The notes under the pieces: generated by a model
Told to the model about the DNA's origin: nothing
Databases searched by the model: none
Seen by the model: the letters and a program-made list of their open reading frames with translations, nothing else
Program-made: the position numbers and the translations under genes
Origin: Pseudomonadota bacterium
Lineage (GTDB): Bacteria > Bdellovibrionota_B > Oligoflexia > Silvanigrellales > Silvanigrellaceae
Direction: 5' to 3'
Length of the DNA: 64,000 nucleotides
NCBI GenBank assembly: GCA_039799905.1
Contig: JBDLRP010000001.1
Span: 32,001 to 96,000, forward strand
In this document: one piece after another, positions 1 to 12,127 of the stretch
How positions within the stretch are numbered: the first letter of the stretch is position 1
Layout of the letters: each line of letters opens with the position of its first letter

Positions 1-145
1 CCGAGAAACGTCTGGCCATTATCCGCATTGCAAACAAGAGTGCAAGGATAATGGTTTGACCGCTCCCTATTTTCACAGACTTGTAAAATGGTGCCAAGCG
101 TATAGATGAATTTAGGGCCTCTTCCGAAACCACAGGGTTCGATGC

Positions 146-3055
146 ATGAACGAGCAAATCACACCATTCCAAAGCGAAACCCATGAAACACAACCTGGTG
201 AATGGGACAAACAGGCACTCCTCAAAGATGCACTCGAACGCCTGGAGTGGCCGCGCCTCACAGATGCTCTCGCCCAATTGGCCATGCTTCAACACACCAA
301 AGGCCGTCTGCAGGAATTATCACCGTGGATTACCGAAGCGGAACGCACTTGGAATCTGCGCGCAACCAGCCGTCTTCTTCATCTACTCAGCGTCGGCGAA
401 AGCATCGAAATCCAGCCCTTTGACGCGGGTTATTTTTTTGATGCGATTTCGCACGGCGCACTGCTCAATGGTCTAGGACTTTATCATCTTGGTTTACTTT
501 GCTCTCAGACCGAGCGGCTCGGAACAAAAGCACGCAATGAGCAACGCAAAGAGGGATGCGGATCGCTTGGTCCGGAGTTGGCGGGTCTTCTGGCGCAGCT
601 CAAACAACAAACGTCCTTGGCGCGACGCCTTGCTCTGGCAGCCGACGAAAATGGCCGCATACTTGATTCCGCATCTGCCGAGTTGAAAGAGGCAAGGCAA
701 AAGTTCGACTCCTTGACGCGCCGCATGACCCACAGCCTCGAGAACACGCTGAAGGTGCCGAGTGTGCGGGATGCCCTTCAAGACGCTGTATGGATGCTTC
801 GTGACGGCAGATACGTTCTGCCCGTGCGCGTCGACCGAAAATCAGACGTGCCCGGCGTTGCACGCGGCGTCAGTTCATCCGGCAACACTCTTTTTATCGA
901 GCCTGCCGGACTCAGCGAATTACAGGCACAGCTGTCGGCGGCCGAAACCGACGTCATGCTGGCGGAAAACCGCGTCTTGAGAGCATTCTCAGACGAAGCT
1001 TATTCACTCCGCGAAGATCTTTTGTCGGCGCTCGAGACTCTCGAAACATTCGACTGTGTCTGTGCGCGCGCAAGGCTAGCCTCGCGTTTGGGCGGCGTGA
1101 TGCCCGAGTTTCACGAGAATCCTCAGGCGTCGCGATTCGAACTCCTCGATGCGCAGCACCCGCTTTACATACTTGAAGACAAACCATGCGTGCCCAACCA
1201 TCTTCTCCTGCAGCCAAGCAAAGACGGCAGCAGGTGCCCGCGCGTCTGGGTGCTCTCGGGCCCGAATGCCGGCGGCAAAACAGTCGCAATGCGAACTGTT
1301 GGTCTGCAGTGCGCAATGGCACTGGCGGGTCTATTTGTACCGTCGCGAAAGGCGACGTTCTTCAACTTCAATTCCATTTACGTCGAAATGGGCGACCGCC
1401 AAGACCGCCGCGAAGATCTCTCGACGTTCTCCGGTCACCTTTTGCACGTGCGCAGGATTTGTGAACTTACAGACACGCAGTCACTTGTGCTCCTCGATGA
1501 AGGCTTTGTCGGCACCGACCCTTCCATCGGCTCCGCGATGGCGCAAGCAACCCTCGAGACGCTTGCTGAACGTGGTGCAACTTCCATCATCACCACACAC
1601 TTTTCATCGCTGAAGACTCTTGCCGACAAACAACCGCTCGTGTTCTCGAATGCAAGCATGGAGTTCGAACCCGATCGACTCAAGCCAACCTTTCACCTGT
1701 TGAATGGCGTACCTGGGCAAAGCTTCGCCATCGAGCTTGCGCGCAGGCTCAACTATCCCGAAGATTTGCTGCAGCGAGCATTGCGCTATCGCGGCGAGCG
1801 CGAACTCGAGCTGGAAAATTTGCTCGCGGAGCTGCAAAAATCGCGACAGCAACTCCGCATTGAAATCAGCAAGAACAAAGAACTGAACCAACAACTTGAG
1901 GTTGAAGTCGATTCGCTTGTCCACCAGCGCAAGGCCCTACAGCACCAGCAGGAAAATCTGCTCTCTGAATACACGACAAAACTCCAGAAACGGTTCAACG
2001 CATTTGAAAATCGGCTCGAAACGCGCGCCCGGCAGTTCGAGCGCGCGCAGCAGCAAATACTCAGCGATCACAAGCAAAGAGCAGAAGCTGAAGCTGCGAC
2101 GCGCAGCGACGATGACTCACCAACGACGCCAGCAGCCTCTTCCGGCACTGCTATCAGCGCGGCGGGCCGTGCACACCAGACGGAACGACCCGTGGCTTCA
2201 GCTTTCGGCAAGGGAGAATCGGAAAAACGCCGTCCGCGCAGTCTCAGCGATTTTTCACAGCTTGCAAACCTTCGCGTCGATCTTCCGCAGAAGACAATCT
2301 CCACCGAAGTTGACGACGATGAATCGTGGCAAAAGGTCCGCAAACCCGCCAAACTCTCGCAACGCGATCTCATTGATGAGGCGCGCGAAAGCCTCGATGT
2401 CATGCGCAAGTCGTTTGAGCAGACCTCGGACTCATTTGCTACGCGGCGGGATGCGCTCTCCGAGGACCTGAACGTCAGCAAAGAACGCGGAGAAAGCGTG
2501 TTATCTGAGGCGCGCGAGAAGCGTGGTCAGATCGCCAAACATCCAGCGGAATTCTGGACCGTCGGCAGGCGGGTCAAAACCGCACAATTCGACAAAGCCG
2601 GTGAAGTTGTCAGGACGGCCGACAGCAAGGGATTCGTTGAGTGCAGCTTTGGCCTCATCAAAACAAAAATTCATTTTTCTGATTTGCTGACAATTGACGA
2701 AGCCGCACAAAAAATGACTATTTCCAAGCAAAAGAAGCCAACCGTGCATTCACACGTCAAGGCACGCGAGAAGAACAAACTCGACATGACCATCGATCCT
2801 GTTCTGCCAACGCGCGACAACACCATCGATGTACGCGGACACCTTGTGGACACCGCTCTCGAACATATTGAACGTTTCATCGACAAGGCTTGGCGTGATG
2901 ACGTCAGGACCATCGTAATTGTGCATGGGCACGGCACCGGTCGCGTCAAATCCGCGGTGCGGGAATTTCTCCAAGACTGCAGCTACCGGCTGGCCTTCAG
3001 ACCCGGATCCAGCGGCGAAGGCGGAGACGGCGCGACGGTCGTCGTTCTTGAATGA
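146..3055 (+). CDS. mutS2: Endonuclease MutS2 (ATPase + coiled coil + KOW + Smr)
   Basis: N-terminal LERLEWP, RDGRYVLPV, SSSGNTLFIEP, Walker A GPNAGGKT, LSTFSGH, LLDEGFVGTDP, TTHF; C-terminal Smr IDVRG...IVHGHGTGRVK...GGDGATVV. Confidence 0.96.
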   Translation: MNEQITPFQSETHETQPGEWDKQALLKDALERLEWPRLTDALAQLAMLQHTKGRLQELSPWITEAERTWNLRATSRLLHLLSVGESIEIQPFDAGYFFDAISHGALLNGLGLYHLGLLCSQTERLGTKARNEQRKEGCGSLGPELAGLLAQLKQQTSLARRLALAADENGRILDSASAELKEARQKFDSLTRRMTHSLENTLKVPSVRDALQDAVWMLRDGRYVLPVRVDRKSDVPGVARGVSSSGNTLFIEPAGLSELQAQLSAAETDVMLAENRVLRAFSDEAYSLREDLLSALETLETFDCVCARARLASRLGGVMPEFHENPQASRFELLDAQHPLYILEDKPCVPNHLLLQPSKDGSRCPRVWVLSGPNAGGKTVAMRTVGLQCAMALAGLFVPSRKATFFNFNSIYVEMGDRQDRREDLSTFSGHLLHVRRICELTDTQSLVLLDEGFVGTDPSIGSAMAQATLETLAERGATSIITTHFSSLKTLADKQPLVFSNASMEFEPDRLKPTFHLLNGVPGQSFAIELARRLNYPEDLLQRALRYRGERELELENLLAELQKSRQQLRIEISKNKELNQQLEVEVDSLVHQRKALQHQQENLLSEYTTKLQKRFNAFENRLETRARQFERAQQQILSDHKQRAEAEAATRSDDDSPTTPAASSGTAISAAGRAHQTERPVASAFGKGESEKRRPRSLSDFSQLANLRVDLPQKTISTEVDDDESWQKVRKPAKLSQRDLIDEARESLDVMRKSFEQTSDSFATRRDALSEDLNVSKERGESVLSEAREKRGQIAKHPAEFWTVGRRVKTAQFDKAGEVVRTADSKGFVECSFGLIKTKIHFSDLLTIDEAAQKMTISKQKKPTVHSHVKAREKNKLDMTIDPVLPTRDNTIDVRGHLVDTALEHIERFIDKAWRDDVRTIVIVHGHGTGRVKSAVREFLQDCSYRLAFRPGSSGEGGDGATVVVLE

Positions 3056-3064
3056 GAAACGGCC

Positions 3065-4822
3065 GTGAATAAAAAAGATACCGCTCAAAAAATCTGGTAT
3101 GCCTCAAGTGCACTGTTGCTTGTCATCAGCACGGCACTCCTTACAGTCGTGTTCGTCGCAAACGCGTCGAAATCGAAGAAGGAAATCTACGGATTTGCCG
3201 TCTCCTACACCGAGAGTGCACTGAACTCGGAGTTGAACAAAATTGCAGATGAGATCTATTCAGGACGACAGCCGCTGCCGTCGACAGTTCAATTGCTCAA
3301 CAGCAAATTGGCTGGACTCGCTTCAATTGACATGACATTTGAAGCGAGCACTGATTCATTCGGCAAAGACACAGACGAGAAAAACATACAATTGACACGA
3401 CCGGCGGGCTCAAGCACAAGCCAGTCAATGTCCCGCATTGGATTGTATTATGGCGATGTGCTGCTTGGCCGGCTGCAGACGACGGTCATCTGGAATAAAA
3501 CGCTGATGAGCGAATCATTTACAGAATCATTTGCCGCACTTTTTCCTTTTTTACTCCTCCTGCTGCTGGTGTGGTCTGCAGTATTTTATCTCATCAACAA
3601 AAAAATTATCGAACCAATCGCTTTGCAAAACGAACTGTTCCTAAAATCCAACGCGATTGCGCGCACCACGCAATCTTTGGCACACGACATTCGCCGGCCG
3701 TTTTCTATGTTGAAACTGGCTTTTGAAGCATTTTCCTCCGCAAAAGATTCCGCGGATGCCCACTCGCAGGTTCAACTGATTCTGCCAGAAGTTAATCGCG
3801 CAATAGTGAACGTCGAAGGAATGCTGCAAGACGTTATGCAGATCGGAAGCACTGCAAAACCCTATCAGGAGGAAGCATCAGTCGAAGACCTTGTGAACGC
3901 GGTTATGGGCGATGTTTTCCGAATTTTTCCGGATAAGGAATTTTCAGTCGATTATCAATTCGCACACAACACCACACTTTTTGTCGACACAATCCGGGTC
4001 ACACGCCTGCTGACAAACATTTTGGTCAATGCCATACAGGCTATGAACAGCCACGGACGCATCTGGATTGAAACAACGCACCGCGGGGCTTTCATTGAAT
4101 TTACAGTCGGCAACTCGGGCTCCCATATTCCTCGCGAACATCTGAACAAGCTTTTTGAAGCCTTTTTCACTGAGGGAAAACGCGGTGGAAATGGACTAGG
4201 CCTTGCCATTGCGCACAAGGTCATTATGGAACACGGTGGAAAGATCCGTTGCGAGTCGGAGCGCTCCGTTGCCCATCCCGATGGATTTGTGGAATTTATC
4301 TTCACTCTTCCCGCTGGCACGCTGCCGGCACCACCGCTGCGCGCCCGACAATTTGCAAGCTCCGCAGAATTCCGAACCCACATTGGACGAATGACTGCGG
4401 GCAAGGACCTCACCGGTCGGGGAAAGAAGCTAAAAATCGTTTATCTCGACGATACACAGACCTTCACACTGATGTGGAAAATGAAGCTTAGGGACAAGAT
4501 AAATCTTGAAACCTACTCGGAAACTGGCACGTTTCTCAGACATTGCGTTGCCGACGCTGCATATCTGCATTCATTCGACCTGATTATCACCGACTACTAT
4601 TTCGGAGAGGGCGATCCCCATACTGGTGAAACACTCGCACTGGAGCTGCGGAATTTCGGCTTCAAAGGCCCCATACTGCTCGCGACGAATGGCGATTTCT
4701 CGGAACAAAAACTGAGTCCGTCAATCACAGCCACCATCGGCAAGGAAGTTCCCTCGACCGAATTCCTTGAGCGCGTGATCTTTGATTCAAAGTTTCAAGC
4801 GCCGGAAAACAGCGAGCCATAA
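3065..4822 (+). CDS. Membrane hybrid sensor histidine kinase with C-terminal receiver-like domain
   Basis: Two TM segments; H-box LAHDIRRPF; N-box NILVNAIQA; F/G2 boxes LFEAFFTEGKRGGNGLGL; C-terminal IVYLDD...LIITDYYF...ATN...GK. Confidence 0.88.
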   Translation: MNKKDTAQKIWYASSALLLVISTALLTVVFVANASKSKKEIYGFAVSYTESALNSELNKIADEIYSGRQPLPSTVQLLNSKLAGLASIDMTFEASTDSFGKDTDEKNIQLTRPAGSSTSQSMSRIGLYYGDVLLGRLQTTVIWNKTLMSESFTESFAALFPFLLLLLLVWSAVFYLINKKIIEPIALQNELFLKSNAIARTTQSLAHDIRRPFSMLKLAFEAFSSAKDSADAHSQVQLILPEVNRAIVNVEGMLQDVMQIGSTAKPYQEEASVEDLVNAVMGDVFRIFPDKEFSVDYQFAHNTTLFVDTIRVTRLLTNILVNAIQAMNSHGRIWIETTHRGAFIEFTVGNSGSHIPREHLNKLFEAFFTEGKRGGNGLGLAIAHKVIMEHGGKIRCESERSVAHPDGFVEFIFTLPAGTLPAPPLRARQFASSAEFRTHIGRMTAGKDLTGRGKKLKIVYLDDTQTFTLMWKMKLRDKINLETYSETGTFLRHCVADAAYLHSFDLIITDYYFGEGDPHTGETLALELRNFGFKGPILLATNGDFSEQKLSPSITATIGKEVPSTEFLERVIFDSKFQAPENSEP

Positions 4823-4855
4823 CAACTATTGTTGGGCGCACTTGGGAAACGCAAT

Positions 4856-5521
4856 TCACTTAATTTCTGATCTCAGCTGACTTGCGCGCGGGCAAGGAAC
4901 TTTGTCTTCCAAACCGAGCTGCCGCGCCCTGCGGATAGCCTCGCGAAACATATCGGTCTCGGCTTTGCTCGCAGGAAAAACACGACCAAGTTTCGTTTCG
5001 CCAAGCTCAAATGAAGCCATCCCGTCGCTGGAACCACGCAGTTCTCGCAGATACCTCTGAATGTTCAATGAATTTTTGATGCAGTTGTTGACCATCCAAG
5101 CGGAACTGACTCCAAACGCGATTGCCGACGCCCCGCCCGAGGCGATGGCGGCGCCGACTGAAACCGTCGCCAGTCCGCACGGTACGAATTCGGCTCCTGC
5201 GTTGATCAATTTCTCTTTAAGAATATTTTCCATTTGCCGATGGATGTGGCCATCATGAATCGCAAAGTCATTCAGCCGGACAGACTGCAGCAAGGCCTCG
5301 GAATCGGACAAGCCCAAACTTGGCGGTGCTTCCTTGTAGTACCAGCAGCTGCGCAGAATCTTGTCTTTCGAAGATTTGACGTGCTTGTTCCAGAGATAAA
5401 TCTTTTTGCGTCCGTACTCAGAACGCAGGGTTTGCTCCGTCGATTCCGTCGGAGCGGGAGCATCTTTGCAGGCTGCCAAAACCGTCAACAGCAAAACGAG
5501 AAAAGTTGCTTCCAATTTCAT
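4856..5521 (-). CDS. Hypothetical lipoprotein
   Basis: Signal peptide ending in lipobox LAAC; internal Gly/Ala-rich hydrophobic stretch. Confidence 0.7.
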   Translation of the reverse strand: MKLEATFLVLLLTVLAACKDAPAPTESTEQTLRSEYGRKKIYLWNKHVKSSKDKILRSCWYYKEAPPSLGLSDSEALLQSVRLNDFAIHDGHIHRQMENILKEKLINAGAEFVPCGLATVSVGAAIASGGASAIAFGVSSAWMVNNCIKNSLNIQRYLRELRGSSDGMASFELGETKLGRVFPASKAETDMFREAIRRARQLGLEDKVPCPRASQLRSEIK

Positions 5522-5622
5522 GCACGCTTCCTTTTTATAGAATCAGAATAGAGGCTTTTTTTCTGGTTTTACAATGCCTAGTCTTTTGACAACGCAGTGA
5601 GTCTGGAATGGAGGGCTGATGC

Positions 5623-6192
5623 ATGGAAAGCAGGCCTGAGATTGAACACAATAGGCATGAAAAAAAAACCACTTCCAAACAAAAGCGAAAGCCGCAGCAA
5701 ACTGTAAACCCGCACAAGCATGTCCTGCCTATGGATGAACTCCCACTGGACTTTGGTGTCGAACTTGAACGCCGGATGGACACCAGAACAAACGCACGAT
5801 TACTCGGCTTGGACGGAGGAGTCGGTCCAGGAATTGATTCGGGCAGTGACCTCAATACGATTCAGCCCGGTGAAGACGATGAAAACGAATACGAGCCAAT
5901 CACTGACAACAACCTTCTCACGCAGACAAGTTACCTAAACGGGATTTTTCAAAATACATCGGTCCTGCATGAAGACGAAGTGACTGCGGCACAGCATCTT
6001 CATCAAAAGAGAACCATATCGAACAGTCTCGAAACAGACGCGATAGAAAAAATCCCGGCAAACAGGCGAGAAGGCGATCCTGCACCGCAGCCTCGCTTGC
6101 CCAAAAAGCAAAAAAAACTCGGGAAGAATCAATCTGAAGTAAACGAAATAAGAGCGGACGAGATGTATGACCGTTCGGAACTAAAAACTTGA
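5623..6192 (+). CDS. Hypothetical protein (hydrophilic, low complexity)
   Basis: 189-aa ORF with GGAGG upstream of ATG; fills the gap between flanking genes. Confidence 0.55.
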   Translation: MESRPEIEHNRHEKKTTSKQKRKPQQTVNPHKHVLPMDELPLDFGVELERRMDTRTNARLLGLDGGVGPGIDSGSDLNTIQPGEDDENEYEPITDNNLLTQTSYLNGIFQNTSVLHEDEVTAAQHLHQKRTISNSLETDAIEKIPANRREGDPAPQPRLPKKQKKLGKNQSEVNEIRADEMYDRSELKT

Positions 6193-6214
6193 ATGCCGTA
6201 TTTCCCAGTGCAGC

Positions 6215-7198
6215 TCACATTGCCTTTCCTGATGACGGTACGACGGCGGGTGCATCAGAGGTTGGATGCTTCAGCGAGGGTGCAAGCACCATTTTACCCT
6301 GATCATCTGCCTCAAGTGTATAGACTTTTTCAGGGCCAATGTGTTTATAGCGGTAGCTCTTCATCTCGCAGTAGGCAAGCTTGTGGATGAGCGGCACGGC
6401 ATCGTAAAAGGCTGTCTCAGGGACACTAGGCGACACCTGTTCAGGCCGACCGATGGCCATCACAAGGTGTGGCGAGCTAACAATTCTTGAAACACTCACC
6501 AGTTGTTTGCTTGCCTTGAGCATGTCGATGGCGCGTTTTTTGTCAGCCGACTCGGCAACGCGTTTTTGCTCACTCACCGAGGAAAGAAGTGCATGTCGCC
6601 GCGTCAGTTCGGCACGCCAGTCAGCCGTATGCTGTGCGTTGCAGTGAATTCCGCTCGTCAAAAACTGTCTGACGTATTTTTCAATACGGCCTCGGACGTC
6701 TTCAGGATGAATGATAAACGCGCCGGTGAAATAATCACGGCCTTCAAAGGTGACCGCGCGCCCCTCGAACACGAGGCCAGATTCAAAGCCGGCAAACATG
6801 AACTCGGACAGCGAAAAAACCTCAAAGCGCTGTTGTGCGATGAGGTCGGTCACTACGAGACTCTGCGGCAACACCTTTTCAACCAAAAAGAGCGAGTGGC
6901 GAAAACTCCGGAATTGTTCATAGCTGTTGAGTTCCTCTGGAGACAGACGCTTTTGCGCCTGTAGCAGATAAAGCTCAAAAACCGTGGAGCCCGAGAACAC
7001 ATCCGAGAGGCGATAGTCGAAGAGGAAATACTCTTGAAATGAGCACATTCTGTTGTCGTAAAACGGATCGTCATCGTTGACTTTGCCGGTGGCGATGGCA
7101 AACAGCTCGCGCGCAATACTCATCTGATCCGAAAACTCGGGCACACAAGAATAATCGAGCAGTATATTGAGCAGTTCCTGACACTTTTCCGCGCTCAT
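6215..7198 (-). CDS. Hypothetical protein, possibly conserved in Bdellovibrionota/Myxococcota
   Basis: 327-aa ORF with GGAG RBS; motifs TGKVNDDDPFYDNRMCSFQEYFLFDY and KLAYCEMKSYRYKHI..KVY recall a delta-type hypothetical family (recollection, not searched). Confidence 0.7.
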   Translation of the reverse strand: MSAEKCQELLNILLDYSCVPEFSDQMSIARELFAIATGKVNDDDPFYDNRMCSFQEYFLFDYRLSDVFSGSTVFELYLLQAQKRLSPEELNSYEQFRSFRHSLFLVEKVLPQSLVVTDLIAQQRFEVFSLSEFMFAGFESGLVFEGRAVTFEGRDYFTGAFIIHPEDVRGRIEKYVRQFLTSGIHCNAQHTADWRAELTRRHALLSSVSEQKRVAESADKKRAIDMLKASKQLVSVSRIVSSPHLVMAIGRPEQVSPSVPETAFYDAVPLIHKLAYCEMKSYRYKHIGPEKVYTLEADDQGKMVLAPSLKHPTSDAPAVVPSSGKAM

Positions 7199-7259
7199 TC
7201 CGACTCCCTGTCAACGTGTCGCAGATTGATGCCTCACCACATCGGGCGGTTGGTTTAGT

Positions 7260-7670
7260 TCACTCGGTTCTTCCTGCCGAGATTATAAACGACCGATGCG
7301 CCAGCAACGGGAAAACCCGCAGACCGTGAAAATCAACCTGAGCAGTCAGAGTGTAGCCGATGCGGGTTGGAACACCAAAGGCCTCAGGGGAGTCTTTGTA
7401 GTCAATCTCAACGTCACCTTCTGTCAGATTGAGACGATGATGCTGGGCTAATTTAACAAGATAGGCACGCACATCGTCGTCGGCCGTCAGAACAATGCCG
7501 GAAGTCTCGGAGTATTTCCGAACCGATTCGGCCAAAGAGCGTTCCCGGTATAGGAATCTGACTGCCGGCCAGACAATCCAGACCGCTGCAAGAAGAGTCA
7601 CCATCAGGGTGAGTGCAGCAACCTGCACCAGCGTTCTTCGGGTTTTCGGCAAAGAAACATTGAGTTTCAT
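7260..7670 (-). CDS. Single-TM membrane protein, DUF4845-like
   Basis: ATG 17 nt after the lepA stop; one N-terminal TM, then DDDVRAYLVKLAQ...DVEIDY...IGYTLTAQVDF. Confidence 0.6.
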   Translation of the reverse strand: MKLNVSLPKTRRTLVQVAALTLMVTLLAAVWIVWPAVRFLYRERSLAESVRKYSETSGIVLTADDDVRAYLVKLAQHHRLNLTEGDVEIDYKDSPEAFGVPTRIGYTLTAQVDFHGLRVFPLLAHRSFIISAGRTE

Positions 7671-7686
7671 GATTGCAACCCGCCTT

Positions 7687-9504
<1,818 letters not shown>

Positions 9505-9546
9505 GCTTTAAGCGACTCCGCCAAATCTGCAACGACTCTTCCCCCC

Positions 9547-9573
9547 TGCAGTTATTGCAGCGGGTGCCGATAC
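9547..9573 (+). promoter_or_regulatory. sigma28 (FliA)-like promoter
   Basis: TGCA-N15-GCCGATAC, intergenic, oriented toward the CDS at 9636. Confidence 0.45.
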
Positions 9574-9635
9574 TAGCATCTGACACGCCTTGGCGACGCA
9601 GGTCAAACCCAAGGGATGCAGGTTGGGGGGGCAAT

Positions 9636-10349
9636 GTGAAAAGACTTTTGACTCATCAGACAGCGCTCCGCGTACTCATTGGTCTTTGGCTGGGCTGCCT
9701 GCCGACCCCTGTGAGGTATGCCTTTGCTGCCGAAGAGGACAAAAAGCCCGCTGAAATGGCCGTCAAAATAAAATCCCGGACTTTTGAGTCACACCGCGAG
9801 GCCGACTCAACCATGACCTGGATTGTGCAAAAAACCGATTACGACGACGGACTGCGAGTTCTGACCTTGGCGGGCGTGCAGCATGAGGACGCCTACGGAC
9901 TTAGCGTCGTGTTGCTGGACGACGTGACGCCGCAAAAGCACACCACAACTGTTGCAATCAAGGAAGGCGAAAAAAGTGAGCACACTGCCTTCATAAACCT
10001 ATCAGACAATATCGAGAGCAGTGAGGAAATCTCGGACCAAGGTCCTGCTCGGCTGCAACTACAAATCCGAAGCCTGCTTGTAAACATGGCCGACCTGCGC
10101 CAACAGGCCGAAGTTAAAGAGAGTGTTCCGATGTGTTCCGGCAAGAATCGTCGGGCTGTCGCGTTTTTGCGTCCGGCCCAATTGCAGCGCCAGCTCAATT
10201 TGACCGCCGAGGAAAGCAAAGTGTGGAGCCGTTTCGGACGAGCCGCCTGCGTGCGTTGGAGCCGGCTACCCGAGGCACAGACATCTGCTAAAACTGCAGA
10301 CCAAACAGTCGCTCCATCTCAGCCAGATGCGCCTGTCCAGAAGAACTGA
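9636..10349 (+). CDS. Hypothetical exported protein
   Basis: GTG start after a G-rich RBS; signal-peptide-like N-terminus (…YAFA-AEE); 3' end overlaps ruvB convergently by 62 nt. Confidence 0.6.
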   Translation: MKRLLTHQTALRVLIGLWLGCLPTPVRYAFAAEEDKKPAEMAVKIKSRTFESHREADSTMTWIVQKTDYDDGLRVLTLAGVQHEDAYGLSVVLLDDVTPQKHTTTVAIKEGEKSEHTAFINLSDNIESSEEISDQGPARLQLQIRSLLVNMADLRQQAEVKESVPMCSGKNRRAVAFLRPAQLQRQLNLTAEESKVWSRFGRAACVRWSRLPEAQTSAKTADQTVAPSQPDAPVQKN

Positions 10350-11313
10350 GCTGACGGCCTCGCGAGGTGCGATTTACAAATCCAATCGAGACCAAATATG
10401 GCTCATAGACGTCTTCCAGGGTGGTTCGCTCTTCGTGCAGAGCAGCAGCAATGGCTTCGAGCCCGACCGGTCCGCCATCGTGCCTGTCACGCATAATACG
10501 CAAAAATTCACGATCCATGCGCGCCAAACCGCGCGTATCAACGCCCAGTCGGATAAGCGCAGCTTCTGCCGATGAGAGGTCGATGCTGCTTTTACCGTTG
10601 ACCAATGTAAAATCCATGACGCGCCTGAGCAGCATGTTGGCAATCCGCGGCGTACCGCGACAGCGTCCTGCGAGTGCAAACGCGGCAGCGGTATCTATTC
10701 GAATATCGAGGATGCGCGAGCTGCGGCTGATGATTTTAGCCAAACTCTCCTGCGAATAATAATCAAGATGCTCAACAATGCCAAAACGGTCGCGCAAAGG
10801 TGCGCTGAGCGCGCCTGCACGCGTTGTTGCACCAATCAGAGTGAATGGCTTCAAATCGAAACTGATGGATCGCGCCGACGGACCCTGCCCTATCATCACG
10901 TCGAGACGTCCGTCCTCCATGGCCGAGTACAGAACCTCTTCAACATGCGCAGGCAGGCGATGAATCTCGTCAATAAAAAGAACCGTGTTGGATTCGAGGT
11001 TGGCAAGCACACCCATGAGGTCTGCAGGCCGCTCAATGACCGGTCCAGCCGTCATTTTGAAGGCACATTCCATCGTCTGTGCAATGATTCCTGCCAGCGT
11101 TGTTTTACCAAGCCCAGGCGGCCCGTGCAGGAGCACGTGATCAAGCATTTTTCCACGAAGTTTTGCGGCCTGTGTGTAGATTTTGAGATTTTCTACAACC
11201 CGTTCCTGACCAGGATATTCGTCAAACGTGTGCGGACGCAGGTCAGTTCGCTCACTCTCGATTGCATCCGGAGTGCGCGCAAGTTCGCTGAAAACAACGT
11301 TGTCTTGTTCCAT
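10288..11313 (-). CDS. ruvB: Holliday junction branch migration helicase RuvB
   Basis: LRP..FDEYPGQ, GPPGLGKTTLA, LFIDEIHRL, GATTRAG..SAPLRDRFG, RGTPRIAN, GGPVGL, YEPYL. Confidence 0.99.
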   Translation of the reverse strand: MEQDNVVFSELARTPDAIESERTDLRPHTFDEYPGQERVVENLKIYTQAAKLRGKMLDHVLLHGPPGLGKTTLAGIIAQTMECAFKMTAGPVIERPADLMGVLANLESNTVLFIDEIHRLPAHVEEVLYSAMEDGRLDVMIGQGPSARSISFDLKPFTLIGATTRAGALSAPLRDRFGIVEHLDYYSQESLAKIISRSSRILDIRIDTAAAFALAGRCRGTPRIANMLLRRVMDFTLVNGKSSIDLSSAEAALIRLGVDTRGLARMDREFLRIMRDRHDGGPVGLEAIAAALHEERTTLEDVYEPYLVSIGFVNRTSRGRQLSSSGQAHLAEMERLFGLQF

Positions 11314-11318
11314 ATCAT

Positions 11319-11999
11319 TCAGCGTCCCAAAAGGTGACCCGACAATTGCCGGAGAGATTCCCTCAATGCGACTTCAAGAGCAATAGGCTCGCCGGCAGCC
11401 ATCCGTTTCTCGAAAGGTGCGACGACTTCGGAAATTTGCTTGTCCTTGTAGCCGAGGTTTTGCAGCGCACTGCGGAGATCTTCGCCGACAGAATTTTCAG
11501 CCCAGCGTTCTTTGCCAAGCAGCGGAAGAGTTGTTGCTGCAGCCGAGGCATAGCGCACCCCTGCGGGTTCATCTGCCGACGCGAGCTGGCCAAGCATCTT
11601 TTGCGCTTTTGCCCGCAATTCAACTAACAAGCGTTCAGCCGTTCTGGCGCCTACCCCCGGCACGGAAGTCAGGGCTGCAAGATTTTCGTCAACGATAGCT
11701 CGGCAAAGGTCGCGCCCTTCGAATGGCCCCAAAAGGGCGAGTGCTAGCTTTGGGCCGACGTTACTGACACTGAGCAGCATCTCAAAGACGCTGCGCTCGG
11801 CACGAGAGGTAAAGCCAAACAATCGCAGGGAATCTTCCCGAACGTGCGTGTAAACCGACAAAACTGCAGTTCCACCTGTTGGTGGAAGGCGACACAGTCC
11901 GGATGCCGGCACAGAAAGCTCATAACCAACGCCATTTACGTCCAAAACCACGAAATCACCCGTTTTTTCAACGAGTGTTCCTGACAGTCGTCCTATCAT
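11319..11999 (-). CDS. ruvA: Holliday junction branch migration protein RuvA
   Basis: MIGRLSG, DVNGVGYE, HVREDSLRLFGF, VSNVGPKLAL, VPGVGARTAERLLVEL, AL..LGY; AGGAGG RBS before ATG 11999. Confidence 0.97.
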   Translation of the reverse strand: MIGRLSGTLVEKTGDFVVLDVNGVGYELSVPASGLCRLPPTGGTAVLSVYTHVREDSLRLFGFTSRAERSVFEMLLSVSNVGPKLALALLGPFEGRDLCRAIVDENLAALTSVPGVGARTAERLLVELRAKAQKMLGQLASADEPAGVRYASAAATTLPLLGKERWAENSVGEDLRSALQNLGYKDKQISEVVAPFEKRMAAGEPIALEVALRESLRQLSGHLLGR

Positions 12000-12069
12000 G
12001 AGTGGAGCCTCCTGTAGATATGGGTAACGGATGCGCGCCGGTGCGTCAAATCCAAGACCGCGGCAGCAC

Positions 12070-12096
12070 TTACCTTCCAAAGAATTATGCCGATAT
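12070..12096 (+). promoter_or_regulatory. sigma28-like promoter (weak -35)
   Basis: TTAC-N15-GCCGATAT upstream of the PilZ gene. Confidence 0.4.
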
Positions 12097-12127
12097 CACC
12101 ATCAGAAGACTTTGGAGGGGTGTGCAT

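Noticed and set aside
9574..9635. Possible structured 5' leader with several short stems
   Set aside because: Stems are only 4-5 bp in GC-rich DNA and match no riboswitch I recognise.
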